From positions 1-36,431 of the forward strand of contig DAOVRI010000001.1 in assembly GCA_030628245.1 (NCBI GenBank): a stretch of 36,431 bases of DNA, read 5' to 3'. Source of the stretch: Dehalococcoidales bacterium (lineage in GTDB: Bacteria; Chloroflexota; Dehalococcoidia; Dehalococcoidales; RBG-16-60-22). Below the pieces are notes generated by a model, which was not told where the DNA came from, did no database searches, and saw nothing but the letters and a program-made list of their open reading frames with translations. This document shows, one piece after another, positions 1-8,860 of the stretch. How positions within the stretch are numbered: the stretch's first letter is position 1; each line of letters starts with the position of its first letter. The position numbers were made by a program, and so were the translations under genes.

Positions 1-219
1 CCCTTTCTGTCCGTTTAAGCAGTATTAAGACAAATCGAATCTGCAGAAATAATACACTCTGGCACTGGTTCTGGTCAAATCAGTCAGTTAGTTTACCTCC
101 TTCTATGAAAACATAGCGCCACTATCCGTGGCGCGAACCAGTAATGACCATTTTAGCTAGTTGAATTAACCTTGTCAAAGCAGTCCATCGGTGACACCTG
201 TTACCACGTAATGCGTAAT

Positions 220-248
220 TTGACAATATTTCTATTGTTTGCTAGACT
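220..248 (+). promoter_or_regulatory. sigma70-like promoter candidate (TTGACA-17-TAGACT) upstream of the DUF35/thiolase pair
   Basis: TTGACA at 220-225, a 17-nt spacer, and TAGACT at 243-248, inside a 441-nt ORF-free AT-rich leader. Motif match only. Confidence 0.3.
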
Positions 249-441
249 TGCTTGAGCTAGCCACGTTTGAGTCTTGTTTGATTGAAATTTACCATGACAA
301 ACTGATAGACTAAATGCTGGCATGGAGAGAGTACCCGCTATAGATACCCGGTGATAAGAAAGACTTCCACTCCTGCCGGTTCGATGTTACCACCTTTTTT
401 ACATGGGACATAAATAGCCAAAATTAGAAGGAGCTTTTTTC

Positions 442-879
442 ATGGAAGCTAAAAAACAGATTCCCTGTCTTGAGGGGTGGCTGACCATGCCACCGCAGGA
501 ACCTCAACTTATAGGTAACCGGTGCCAGTCCTGCGGGCATTACTTCTTCCCGAGAGTAACAACCTGCCGTAACCCCCTTTGTGAGAAAACAAAGCCTCTG
601 GAAAAAGTGCTGTTCAGCAGAAAGGGCAAGCTGATTGCTTATACTGTCAATTATTACCCGCCACCTCCACCATATCATGCGCCGGACCCGTTCGTGCCTT
701 TCGGTGTCGCCAGTATCGTACTGCCGGAGGGTATTAGAGTTGGGGGGCAGATTCCAAAGGGTGTCGACCTAAAATCACTGAAGATAGACATGGAGATGGA
801 GACGGTGAGAGAGGTACTTTATGAAGACGACCAGGGGAACGAAGTTTTAAGCTGGATGTTCCGGCCGGTCACATCATAA
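442..879 (+). CDS. DUF35-type Zn-ribbon/OB-fold protein (acyl-CoA-associated partner of SCP-x thiolases)
   Basis: SD AAGGAG lies 8 nt upstream of the ATG. Zn-ribbon CQSC-x10-CRNPLC is followed by an OB-fold-like C-terminus. A thiolase-like gene follows 69 nt downstream, which is the classic DUF35/thiolase pairing. Confidence 0.8.
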   Translation: MEAKKQIPCLEGWLTMPPQEPQLIGNRCQSCGHYFFPRVTTCRNPLCEKTKPLEKVLFSRKGKLIAYTVNYYPPPPPYHAPDPFVPFGVASIVLPEGIRVGGQIPKGVDLKSLKIDMEMETVREVLYEDDQGNEVLSWMFRPVTS

Positions 880-948
880 GGCAAAATCGTGCGTGTTAAA
901 ATCAACAAATATTAACTGAAGCTGTGAACCAGTAAAGGGGGAGAGAAC

Positions 949-2136
949 ATGAGAGAAGCCGCTATCATAGGCATAGGAATACACCCCTGGGGGAAATTCC
1001 CCGAAAAGACTGTCCACGAACTTAACCTGGAAATAGCCCAGATGGCGCTTAAGGACGCCAATATGGAGTGGAAAGATATTCAGGGGTTGTTCTGCGGGCA
1101 GGACCCGTGGGCCGGTATCCAGGGCATGCTGGCGGGCTCGGCACTGGCACAAAATCTCGGCCTGACCGGGATACCGGTAACCAATAATTATAACGCCTGT
1201 GCCACCGGCGGCTACGCTCTGAGGACAGCCCACCTTTATATCACCTCCGGCCTCATCGATACCGCCCTCGTATGCGGGGGGAGCATCTCACCGAAGGGGG
1301 CCTTCGGCACTACCAAGTATGATGAATTCGACGAGACCGACCTGGATAGCCAGAGGTTCAGAATCCTCGGCTCGGCCAATTTCACCGGGTTCGCCATGGC
1401 GGCCCAGAGGCGAATGCAGCAATACGGCCTGACTGAAGAAGACCTAGCCCTGCAAAAAGTCAAGTCCAGCAAATACGGCTCGCTCAATCCCAACGCCCGG
1501 TATCATAAAGTATACACTGTGGAAGAAATATTAGCTTCGCCTATGGTGGCTTATCCCCTGCACCTCTACCAGGTATGCGCTACCAGTGACGGCGCCGCCG
1601 CCTGCGTGGTATGCAGCACGGACGTGGCCAAGAAATATACCACCAAGCCAATTATTATCGCCGGCATCGGGGCTTCCAACCCGCAGTACCCCGCCCCCGG
1701 CATGGGCGGGTTCGGCAGCGACTTCAGTGAAGTCCCGCCTCCCAACGAGAATGATGCCGGTATAAAATCCACCTATAATGCTTACGAGGAGGCCGGCGTG
1801 GGCCCCGAGGACCTGGATGTAGCCAGTGTCTATGACCTGACCGGCGCCATGGAAATCCAGTGGTACGAAGATATCGGGCTATGCAAGGAAGGCGACGCGG
1901 AAAAACTGCTCAGGGAAGGCGCCACGTCGATGGGAGGCAGGATTCCGATTTGCACGGACGGCGGCTGCACTTCTTCAGGAGAGTGCATTCCGGCTCAGGC
2001 CCTCGCGGAAACCTATGAAATAGTAACGCAGCTGAGAGGCGACGCGGGGCCCAGGCAGGTCGAGGGCGCCAAGGTCGGCTTCTCGGTAAACTCGGGCAAA
2101 CTGGGTAATTCCTCCGCCATTGTCTACAAGAGATAA
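949..2136 (+). CDS. thiolase-like protein, SCP-x / nonspecific lipid-transfer-type
   Basis: 395 aa. Nucleophile-type motif NNYNACATGGYAL, a C-terminal QLRGDAG segment typical of SCP2-type thiolases, and a GGGGAG SD upstream. Confidence 0.8.
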   Translation: MREAAIIGIGIHPWGKFPEKTVHELNLEIAQMALKDANMEWKDIQGLFCGQDPWAGIQGMLAGSALAQNLGLTGIPVTNNYNACATGGYALRTAHLYITSGLIDTALVCGGSISPKGAFGTTKYDEFDETDLDSQRFRILGSANFTGFAMAAQRRMQQYGLTEEDLALQKVKSSKYGSLNPNARYHKVYTVEEILASPMVAYPLHLYQVCATSDGAAACVVCSTDVAKKYTTKPIIIAGIGASNPQYPAPGMGGFGSDFSEVPPPNENDAGIKSTYNAYEEAGVGPEDLDVASVYDLTGAMEIQWYEDIGLCKEGDAEKLLREGATSMGGRIPICTDGGCTSSGECIPAQALAETYEIVTQLRGDAGPRQVEGAKVGFSVNSGKLGNSSAIVYKR

Positions 2137-2141
2137 AAACC

Positions 2142-2174
2142 CCGGGTCTGCTACGGCAGGCCCGGTTTTTATTT
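2142..2174 (+). terminator. Rho-independent terminator after the thiolase gene
   Basis: 10-bp GC-rich stem CCGGGTCTGC / GCAGGCCCGG (one G-U pair), loop TACG, followed by TTTTTATTT. An A-tract lies upstream. Confidence 0.7.
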
Positions 2175-2287
2175 GGAAACAACGGAGACTGCAGGCTTTT
2201 TCTTGCTGGACTTGCCGGCAGTCCGACCTGATAAAGGGTAGACGAAATACCGCACGCAACATGCTTATGGCCTTAGGAGGATGAAGA

Positions 2288-3445
2288 ATGGATTTTGAGC
2301 TTACCCCGGAAGAAAAGGCATTCCAGAAAGAAGTCCGCGAGTTTTTAGACAAGGAATGCGATGAGAACGTTATTGCCGAGACAGAGTCTATGCTGGGGGA
2401 AGGCCCTTACTCCAAAGAACTTATCCGGAAAATGGGTGCGAGAAATATGCTGGCTCCCAGATGGCCGGAAGAGTATGGCGGTCGCGGCATGGGCTTCATG
2501 GCCGAGACTATCAAGGTGCATGAACTAACCTACCATCGCGGCCCTTTTCCCCTCGACGCCGTTGAGATAGGCAATACCCTCCTTATCTGCGGAACCGAGG
2601 AACAGAAAAATAAATACCTGCCGGGTATCGCCCGGGGAGAAATTGAGTTTGCCCTCGGCTATACCGAACCGAACGCCGGCTCCGACGTAGCCTCGGTCCA
2701 GCTCCGCGCCGTGGATAACGGGGACGAGCTTATCCTGAACGGGCAAAAGATTTACAACACCGAAGCCCACTTCTCCGACTATCACTGGCTGCTGACCAGG
2801 ACTGACCCTTCCGCTGAAAAGAAGCACCGGGGTCTGACTATGCTCATGGTTGATTTAAAGAGCCCCGGAATTACCATACGCCCGCTGGTAACCTCGGCCG
2901 GTATGAGAACCAATGAGGTCTTTTACGAAGACGTCCACGTTCCCAAAGCAAACATGGTAGGCGAGAAAAACGGGGGATGGGCGGTTATTATGAGCGCTCT
3001 CTACGGGGGCATGGGCGGAGGTTCATCCGGGGCAAGTCGGTATCATTTTGAAATGCTGGTGAAGTATCTTCTCGAGGAAAAACCAGAAATCGTGGCTGAT
3101 AACCCGTGGATTCCGGATGCCCTGGCGGACATAGATATCAAGCTCCACCTGATTGACGTGATGGGTTTCAGGGCCTCCTCCATGAGTGACCTCGGGCTGT
3201 CCACCCCCTATGACGGGCCGGTATCCCATATATTCGGAAATGAGTCCCGGCGGGATTTCTGTAACGTGGTCATGCAAATACTGGGACCCTACGGGCAACT
3301 TGCCGAGGATTCCAAATGGGCACCCCTGAAGGGCGTATTCCTGCGCCAGTATATGGATTCGCCGCGCTGGACGATTGTTCACGGCAGCAGCGAAATTCAG
3401 CGACTTGTCATTGCCACCAGGGGCCTGGGACTACCCAGAAAATAA
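2288..3445 (+). CDS. acyl-CoA dehydrogenase family protein
   Basis: 385 aa. N-terminal MDFELTPEE...FQKEVREF, central GYTEPNAGSD, C-terminal GSSEIQRLVIA signature. SD AGGAGG upstream. Confidence 0.85.
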   Translation: MDFELTPEEKAFQKEVREFLDKECDENVIAETESMLGEGPYSKELIRKMGARNMLAPRWPEEYGGRGMGFMAETIKVHELTYHRGPFPLDAVEIGNTLLICGTEEQKNKYLPGIARGEIEFALGYTEPNAGSDVASVQLRAVDNGDELILNGQKIYNTEAHFSDYHWLLTRTDPSAEKKHRGLTMLMVDLKSPGITIRPLVTSAGMRTNEVFYEDVHVPKANMVGEKNGGWAVIMSALYGGMGGGSSGASRYHFEMLVKYLLEEKPEIVADNPWIPDALADIDIKLHLIDVMGFRASSMSDLGLSTPYDGPVSHIFGNESRRDFCNVVMQILGPYGQLAEDSKWAPLKGVFLRQYMDSPRWTIVHGSSEIQRLVIATRGLGLPRK

Positions 3446-3466
3446 TACGCGGAAAGGAGTCTTACA

Positions 3467-4609
3467 TTGGACGTCAGACTCTCTGAAGAACAGGAAATAT
3501 TGAGAAAAGCAGCCCGTGACTTCTTAACCGATAAATGCCCCAAAACGCTGGTCAGGGAAATGGAACAGGACGATAAAGGCTATTCACCACAACTGTGGCA
3601 GGAGATAGCCGACCTGGGCTGGATGGGGCTGGCATTTCCGGAGAAGTACGGTGGCGGCGATATGAGTTTCCTCGACCTGGCCATACTCCTTGAGGAGATG
3701 GGGCGGGTCTGTTTCCCCGGGCCCTTTTTCTCCACGGTAATTCTCGGGGGCCTGCCCATACTGGATGCCGGAAGCGACGAGCAAAAACAGAAGTACCTGC
3801 CCGAGATAATCAGCGGCAAGGCTATCTTCACCTTGGCCCTGACCGAGGCCAGCGGCAAATACGATGCCGCCTCGGTTAAAGCCAGGGCTAACGCCGATGG
3901 CGACGGCTATGTCATCAACGGCACCAAGCTCTTCGTCCCCGATGCCAACGTTGCCGACTACCTGCTATGCGCGGCCAGAACCGATGATAAGGCCAGGGCT
4001 GAAGACGGTATCACCGTTTTCATCGTCGACGCCAGGAGTCCGGGTATCAGCCATACCGTGTTAAAAACCATCGCCAGAGATAAACAATGCGAGGTGGTTT
4101 TCAACGGGGTGAAAGTGCCCAAAGAAAATATCCTCGGTGAGTTGAACCAGGGGTGGAGTGAGATGCAGAAAATCCTCGAACGCGCCACCATCGCCAAGTG
4201 CTGTGAGAGTGTTGGAGGTATGCAGGCGGTGCTGGATATGACCGTGCCCTACGTTAAAGAAAGAGTACAATTTGGCGTTCCTATCGGTGTCTTTCAGGCG
4301 ATACAGCACCACTGCGTCAATATGCTGGTATACGTGGAGAGCGCCAGGGTAATTGCTTACGAAACGGCCTGGAAGCTGAGTGGCGGCCGCCCTTACTCCA
4401 AGGAAGCCGCCATGGCCAAAGCCTGGGTAAGCGATGCCTACCAGCGCGTCGTGGCTCTAGGCACGCAGTCGCACGGGGGCGTCTCTATTATGGAGGATCA
4501 CGATATGCCGCTTTATTACCGGCGGGCCAAGGCCGCCGAGCTTGTCTTTGGTGACGCCAGGTTTCACAGAAAAACGGTAGCCCGAAATCTCGGGTTTGAG
4601 GTAGCCTGA
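3467..4609 (+). CDS. acyl-CoA dehydrogenase family protein (second, tandem copy)
   Basis: 380 aa with a TTG start after AAGGAG. LSEEQEILRKAARDF, ALTEASG, and overall ACAD architecture. Lies 21 nt after the previous ACAD gene. Confidence 0.85.
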   Translation: MDVRLSEEQEILRKAARDFLTDKCPKTLVREMEQDDKGYSPQLWQEIADLGWMGLAFPEKYGGGDMSFLDLAILLEEMGRVCFPGPFFSTVILGGLPILDAGSDEQKQKYLPEIISGKAIFTLALTEASGKYDAASVKARANADGDGYVINGTKLFVPDANVADYLLCAARTDDKARAEDGITVFIVDARSPGISHTVLKTIARDKQCEVVFNGVKVPKENILGELNQGWSEMQKILERATIAKCCESVGGMQAVLDMTVPYVKERVQFGVPIGVFQAIQHHCVNMLVYVESARVIAYETAWKLSGGRPYSKEAAMAKAWVSDAYQRVVALGTQSHGGVSIMEDHDMPLYYRRAKAAELVFGDARFHRKTVARNLGFEVA

Positions 4610-4632
4610 ACACTTCAGGAAATGTGTCTAAC

Positions 4633-4661
4633 TTGATTTTTAACCAGATGGGTATTAAAAT
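4633..4661 (+). promoter_or_regulatory. sigma70-like promoter candidate (TTGATT-17-TAAAAT)
   Basis: TTGATT at 4633-4638, a 17-nt spacer, and TAAAAT at 4656-4661, in the 98-nt gap before the M24 gene. Motif match only. Confidence 0.35.
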
Positions 4662-4707
4662 CACGTTGCCGTAAAGATATCATTATTATCGGCGAAGGAG
4701 GAGGCTA

Positions 4708-5928
4708 ATGACGAAATTTGCGGTAAGACCGTTCGGCGGACCGGAGGCAGTGGACTGGTCTGAGAGGATAAACACCGCTCGCATGAGAGAGGAAAGGCTG
4801 GCCAAAGCCCAGGCTTCCCTGAAGAAAAATGGTATCGCCGCCTGCCTGCTAATGCGACCCGAGAACATGCGTTATGTGACCAGCACCAAGGCGGTGAACT
4901 TTATTGACCAGCTCAGATACTCCGTAGCCTTTGCGGAACACGACCCCATAGTTTATGAGTTACCGCCCGGCAACCTCTTCGGGGTGTGCCCCTGGATTAA
5001 GCCGGAGAACCTCAAACTCGCCATACTCTGGGCGGACGAAGCCTGCGGGCCGGCCGCCACCTGGGAAAGGGCCCAGAAATTCGCCCGGTCCATCAAGCAG
5101 GACTTGAAAGAAAAGGGACTGGAAAAGGAAAAGCTAGGCATTGATAAGCTTGACGAACCCGCCCAGCAGGCGCTGAGGGAGGCGGGGATAGAGACCGTTG
5201 ACGTTATGCCGGCAATGCTGGAAGCGCGGGCGGTAAAGACGGAAGACGAGATTAACTGCCTGATGATGGCGGTAGCCATATCCGAGGTAGGCTGGTATGC
5301 CCTGTATGAAGCCCTCAAGCCGGGCGTGCTGGGTCGAGACCTTATCGCCGCCGCCAATAAAGCCATGTACAGCGCCGGGGCTGAAGACGTCTGGGGAGTC
5401 CTGGGAGGCGCACGTAACACCGGTATTGTACAGGTGGGCGACGTCATCACCGTTGACTTCTGCCGCATTACCTACCTGGGATACAATACCTGCTACTATC
5501 GCAACATCATCGTCGGCCGGAAGCCCAACCAGAAAGAGATGGATATGCATAAGAGGATCTACGAGCGGGTGTACAATGTTATCGATGCCATCAAGCCCGG
5601 GGCCACCACCGCCGATGCCGCCAAACACTGGCTGCCCGCCAAGGAAAGGGGCTACCCCACCGAGGAGTATACCTGGTGCGAGGATTTAGCCCACGGCCTG
5701 GGCCTGTGGCTCTACGAATACCCGCTCATCAACCGGCTCTGGTCGTTCGATCACCCCATGACCCTGGAAAAGGGAATGACCATGGCCGTGGAGGCTATGG
5801 AGTTCGACCCGGCGGTCGGCAGGACCAAACTGGAGGAGATGATAGTGGTCGGCGATAAAGGCGCCGAGGTTATGACCAAGATGCCGGCTAAGGACATGAT
5901 GATAGCCAGCCCCATAATTACAGCCTGA
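4708..5928 (+). CDS. M24 (creatinase/prolidase, pita-bread fold) family hydrolase
   Basis: 406 aa. Creatinase_N-like N-terminal half, then GDVITVDF...GYNTCYYRN, AHGLGL, MAVEAME and KLEEMIVV blocks matching the M24 catalytic-domain layout. SD AAGGAGGAGG upstream. Confidence 0.7.
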   Translation: MTKFAVRPFGGPEAVDWSERINTARMREERLAKAQASLKKNGIAACLLMRPENMRYVTSTKAVNFIDQLRYSVAFAEHDPIVYELPPGNLFGVCPWIKPENLKLAILWADEACGPAATWERAQKFARSIKQDLKEKGLEKEKLGIDKLDEPAQQALREAGIETVDVMPAMLEARAVKTEDEINCLMMAVAISEVGWYALYEALKPGVLGRDLIAAANKAMYSAGAEDVWGVLGGARNTGIVQVGDVITVDFCRITYLGYNTCYYRNIIVGRKPNQKEMDMHKRIYERVYNVIDAIKPGATTADAAKHWLPAKERGYPTEEYTWCEDLAHGLGLWLYEYPLINRLWSFDHPMTLEKGMTMAVEAMEFDPAVGRTKLEEMIVVGDKGAEVMTKMPAKDMMIASPIITA

Positions 5929-5978
5929 CAAGCCCGATAGAGGCTCTTAAGATTGGTATTTAGAAAGGAGGTAATCTC

Positions 5979-7376
5979 GTGACTTACTCGCAAGTTCCCA
6001 AAAAGTGGGATGGTGAAGCTGATGTCATTGTAGTTGGTGGTGGCAATACCGGTATACCGGCCGCCATTACCGCACATGATAAGGGGACCAAGGTTATCGT
6101 ACTGGAGGCTTCAAATGGAATGGCCAGCAGTCTGGCCATGATTGCCGGGGGAACGCCGTTTACCGGTACCGACCTGCAGAAAGCCGAGGGTATTGAGGAT
6201 TCCCCTGACAAACTGTATGAGGAAGCCGTCAAGGTTAGCGGTGGTGACCCGGAGCTCTGGAGAGCACTGGCAGACCGTCAGGAGGAAGTCTACGAATGGC
6301 TTAAATCCCTGGGTGCCAAACCAGAAAAAGTACTTCTGGCGCCGGGACACAAGGTAAGACGCTCTATTAAATTTGAAGGCCATGGCCCCGCTCTCTGCAA
6401 CATTCTCCGGAACGCCCTGAAAAAGTCGGGGATTGATGTCCGGTACAAGCATCGCGCCAGAAAACTGATCGTCGATAACGGCCGGGTCATCGGCATCACT
6501 GCCGAGTCTGGTGACAAAACTAATAGCTTCAAGGCCAGGAAAGCGGTTATTCTCGCCACCGGTGGCTTTTGTCAAAACTTGGACATCGTGAAGGAGTTTG
6601 GGCCGCAGTATGCTGATTTAGTTCCCACAGCGCCTAAAACCCATCAGGGTGACGGCCTGAAAATGGCTATGGCCATCGGCGCAGGGACGGATGGTCTGGG
6701 CTTGGCAGTATGTCCGTCCATGCCCGTAGGCGCCGAGACTCTTCAATTCGTAAATGCGGGCATACAGGGCGGCATTACCGTGGACAGGTACGGGAAGAGA
6801 TTCGGTAATGAGGCGACAGAAGAACTAGGCACCTACACTGAAAAGCATAAGATATGTCTGGATCATGACCCAACCGGTCTGCACATTACTGTTTCCGACC
6901 AGGCGATAAAGGACCTCAATGAGCCGCCATCAACCACTACTCGCGAACCGATTTACAGGGTAGACACTATTGAGGAACTGGAGAAACAGCTCGGCATTCC
7001 CGCCGGAAACCTGAAGGCGACCGTTGACGAGTATAACTCGGATATCAAGAAGTACGGTTATGACAGGAAGTTCGGCCGGCGCCTGCAAGGAATGTACTGG
7101 CCGGATTTGCCGGTGATGAAACTGGATCACCCTCCGTTCTATGCTGTTAAAAACAAGATTTGCCTGACTTCGATGAAGGGCGGCTTGAAAATCAACGCGA
7201 AGTGCCAGATAATCGACCAGTTCGGCGATGTTATTCCAGGACTCTACGCAGCCGGGGAGATAGCCGGAGGCTTGGAGCGCATACCCCACCATTACTACAC
7301 CGGAAGAATGACGATGCAAGCCTTCACCCAGGGAAGAATCGCCGGAGATGTCGCCGCCGACGAACCCGGCAGTTAA
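5979..7376 (+). CDS. soluble FAD-dependent oxidoreductase, fumarate-reductase/3-ketosteroid-dehydrogenase-like flavoprotein (FAD_binding_2 type)
   Basis: 465 aa with a GTG start after AAAGGAGG. Dinucleotide fold DVIVVGGGNTGIPAAITA...VIVLE, and a C-terminal GLYAAGEIAGG motif. Confidence 0.75.
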   Translation: MTYSQVPKKWDGEADVIVVGGGNTGIPAAITAHDKGTKVIVLEASNGMASSLAMIAGGTPFTGTDLQKAEGIEDSPDKLYEEAVKVSGGDPELWRALADRQEEVYEWLKSLGAKPEKVLLAPGHKVRRSIKFEGHGPALCNILRNALKKSGIDVRYKHRARKLIVDNGRVIGITAESGDKTNSFKARKAVILATGGFCQNLDIVKEFGPQYADLVPTAPKTHQGDGLKMAMAIGAGTDGLGLAVCPSMPVGAETLQFVNAGIQGGITVDRYGKRFGNEATEELGTYTEKHKICLDHDPTGLHITVSDQAIKDLNEPPSTTTREPIYRVDTIEELEKQLGIPAGNLKATVDEYNSDIKKYGYDRKFGRRLQGMYWPDLPVMKLDHPPFYAVKNKICLTSMKGGLKINAKCQIIDQFGDVIPGLYAAGEIAGGLERIPHHYYTGRMTMQAFTQGRIAGDVAADEPGS

Positions 7377-7437
7377 GCATCCGTATGAAACACAGCATCG
7401 CCGGGTGTTTAAGGCGAGATAAAGAAATAAGATAATA

Positions 7438-8799
7438 ATGAAGTGGCAGGATAAGTACCGCGATAAGTTAATAACGGCCAAAGAAGCGGCTGAACTGATA
7501 ACCTCCGGCTCTGATGTCATCTTTGCTATGATGGACCAGCCCAAGGATATCATGGTAGAAACCGCCAGGCGATGCGGGGAGCTGGAGAATGTAACCCTGA
7601 CCTCTCACTGGGTCGAGGACTTCCCCTTCCTTCACCCCAGCCAGTATCCCGAAATGGAAAAAGCGTTCCGTATCGTAGACCCCATGACCCTGAGGACCAC
7701 CCGGGAAGAGGTACGTAATAAGAAAATCGACTGGCAACCGACCGTCTTCGGGCTGAGCAACGGCGAGAGGCAGGAGTGCGCCGACCGGGGGCGGCTGTAC
7801 CACTATAAAGATTTCTTTTTCTTCAAGCTGACCCCACCCGACGAAAACGGCCGCTGCAGCTTCGGGCCGCATCCCTGGTACACGCCGACTACCTGCAGGA
7901 CCGCCAAAGTCAAGATTGCCGAAATCGACCCCCGCCTGACGTGGGTGCACGGTGAATACGTCAACATCGATGACATAGACTACCTTGTCGAAGCACCCGA
8001 AGAGAAAGAACTAAGAGGCAAGGAAATCCTGGGGATGACGCCGTCCCCCGAAGAGTGGGAGCTATCCCAAGTCATCGGTGCCAATGCCGCCTCCCTGATT
8101 AACGATGGCGATACCATACAGATCGGGGTGGGGACTGCCGCCGAGGCGATTATGGGCTTCATGGCTGAGAAAAACGACCTCGGCATCGATAGCGAGGTAA
8201 TCTATTCCCAGACGATAGACCTGGTCAAGCGCGGCGTTATCACCGGCAAAAGGAAAACTCACGATACCGGGAAGGTAACCGCCGCCAACCTTCAGCTCTA
8301 CGGCTACGATGAGCCTGTCAGTATCGAGTCCCGGGAGTATGTCAGGGAAAACCCGGCATTTTTATTCCGGGATATCTCCACCCAGTGTCACGTCCCCAGA
8401 ATCGCCGCACAGGACAACATGGTAGCCATCAACAATATCCTGTCGGTAGACCTTCTGGGGCAGGTTGTCATCACTCACCTCGGTTCAACGCCAATCACCG
8501 GTCCCGGGGGACAGGTGGACTTTTGCATCGGCGCGCACTATTCTAAAGGGGGGCGCTCCATATCCATGTTGAAGTCTACCGCCCTTGACGGTAAGGTATC
8601 CCGGATAGTGCCCAAGTTCGATGCAGGCACGGTGATAATGATTCCCATGGTTTACCTCGACTACCTGGTGACCGAGTATGGAATCGCCAACCTCGATTGC
8701 AAGAGCCGGCGGGAGAGGGCGGAGGCTGTTATCTCGGTAGCCCACCCCGGTTTTCGGGATGAGTTGAGGCAAGCCGCCAGGGAAATGTTCTACCCGTAG
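7438..8799 (+). CDS. acetyl-CoA hydrolase/transferase family protein, 4-hydroxybutyrate CoA-transferase (AbfT/Cat2)-like
   Basis: 453 aa. N-terminus MKWQDKYRDKLITAKEAAELITSG, with GVGTAAEAI...GIDSEV, GGQVDF and YLVTEYGIANL blocks. These are collinear with my recollection of Clostridium aminobutyricum AbfT. Confidence 0.8.
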   Translation: MKWQDKYRDKLITAKEAAELITSGSDVIFAMMDQPKDIMVETARRCGELENVTLTSHWVEDFPFLHPSQYPEMEKAFRIVDPMTLRTTREEVRNKKIDWQPTVFGLSNGERQECADRGRLYHYKDFFFFKLTPPDENGRCSFGPHPWYTPTTCRTAKVKIAEIDPRLTWVHGEYVNIDDIDYLVEAPEEKELRGKEILGMTPSPEEWELSQVIGANAASLINDGDTIQIGVGTAAEAIMGFMAEKNDLGIDSEVIYSQTIDLVKRGVITGKRKTHDTGKVTAANLQLYGYDEPVSIESREYVRENPAFLFRDISTQCHVPRIAAQDNMVAINNILSVDLLGQVVITHLGSTPITGPGGQVDFCIGAHYSKGGRSISMLKSTALDGKVSRIVPKFDAGTVIMIPMVYLDYLVTEYGIANLDCKSRRERAEAVISVAHPGFRDELRQAAREMFYP

Positions 8800-8860
8800 T
8801 ATTATGACGTGAGGCGTCATAGTGCTAATATATGAAGGGTTAGATATGTAAATATACTGT

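Noticed and set aside
40-102. AAGGAGGT on the minus strand (102-95), suggesting a leftward gene
   Set aside because: The only downstream frames open with a CTG or TTG start codon and stop after about 20 codons. No credible ORF leaves the window to the left.
116-134. 7-bp GC hairpin GCGCCAC/GTGGCGC, considered as a possible terminator of an upstream gene
   Set aside because: There is no U-tract on the plus strand and no gene end within the window to associate it with. It cannot be supported as a terminator.
371-394. GGTTCGAT followed by ...CCACC, considered as a possible tRNA T-arm and 3' end
   Set aside because: No complementary T-stem, acceptor stem or anticodon arm can be drawn, so it is not a tRNA.
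340-400. CCTGCCGG resembling the end of a cobalamin-riboswitch B12 box, which would be relevant to the URO-D-like methyltransferase idea
   Set aside because: Only 8 nt match. The other conserved cobalamin-riboswitch elements, such as the GGGAA/GGTG core, are not visible, and the element sits upstream of unrelated genes.
5297-5689. 130-aa Pro/Ser/Thr-rich plus-strand ORF and neighbouring short ORFs inside the M24 gene
   Set aside because: These are alternative-frame artefacts of a GC-rich coding region, and the M24 frame carries the family motifs.
6930-7553. 207-aa minus-strand ORF spanning the flavoprotein/CoA-transferase junction
   Set aside because: It overlaps two well-supported plus-strand genes and their intergenic gap. 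It has no SD and no family resemblance.
8803-8821. 7-bp hairpin TATGACG/CGTCATA after the CoA-transferase gene
   Set aside because: The stem is short and AT-rich with no following T-run, which is too weak to call a terminator.
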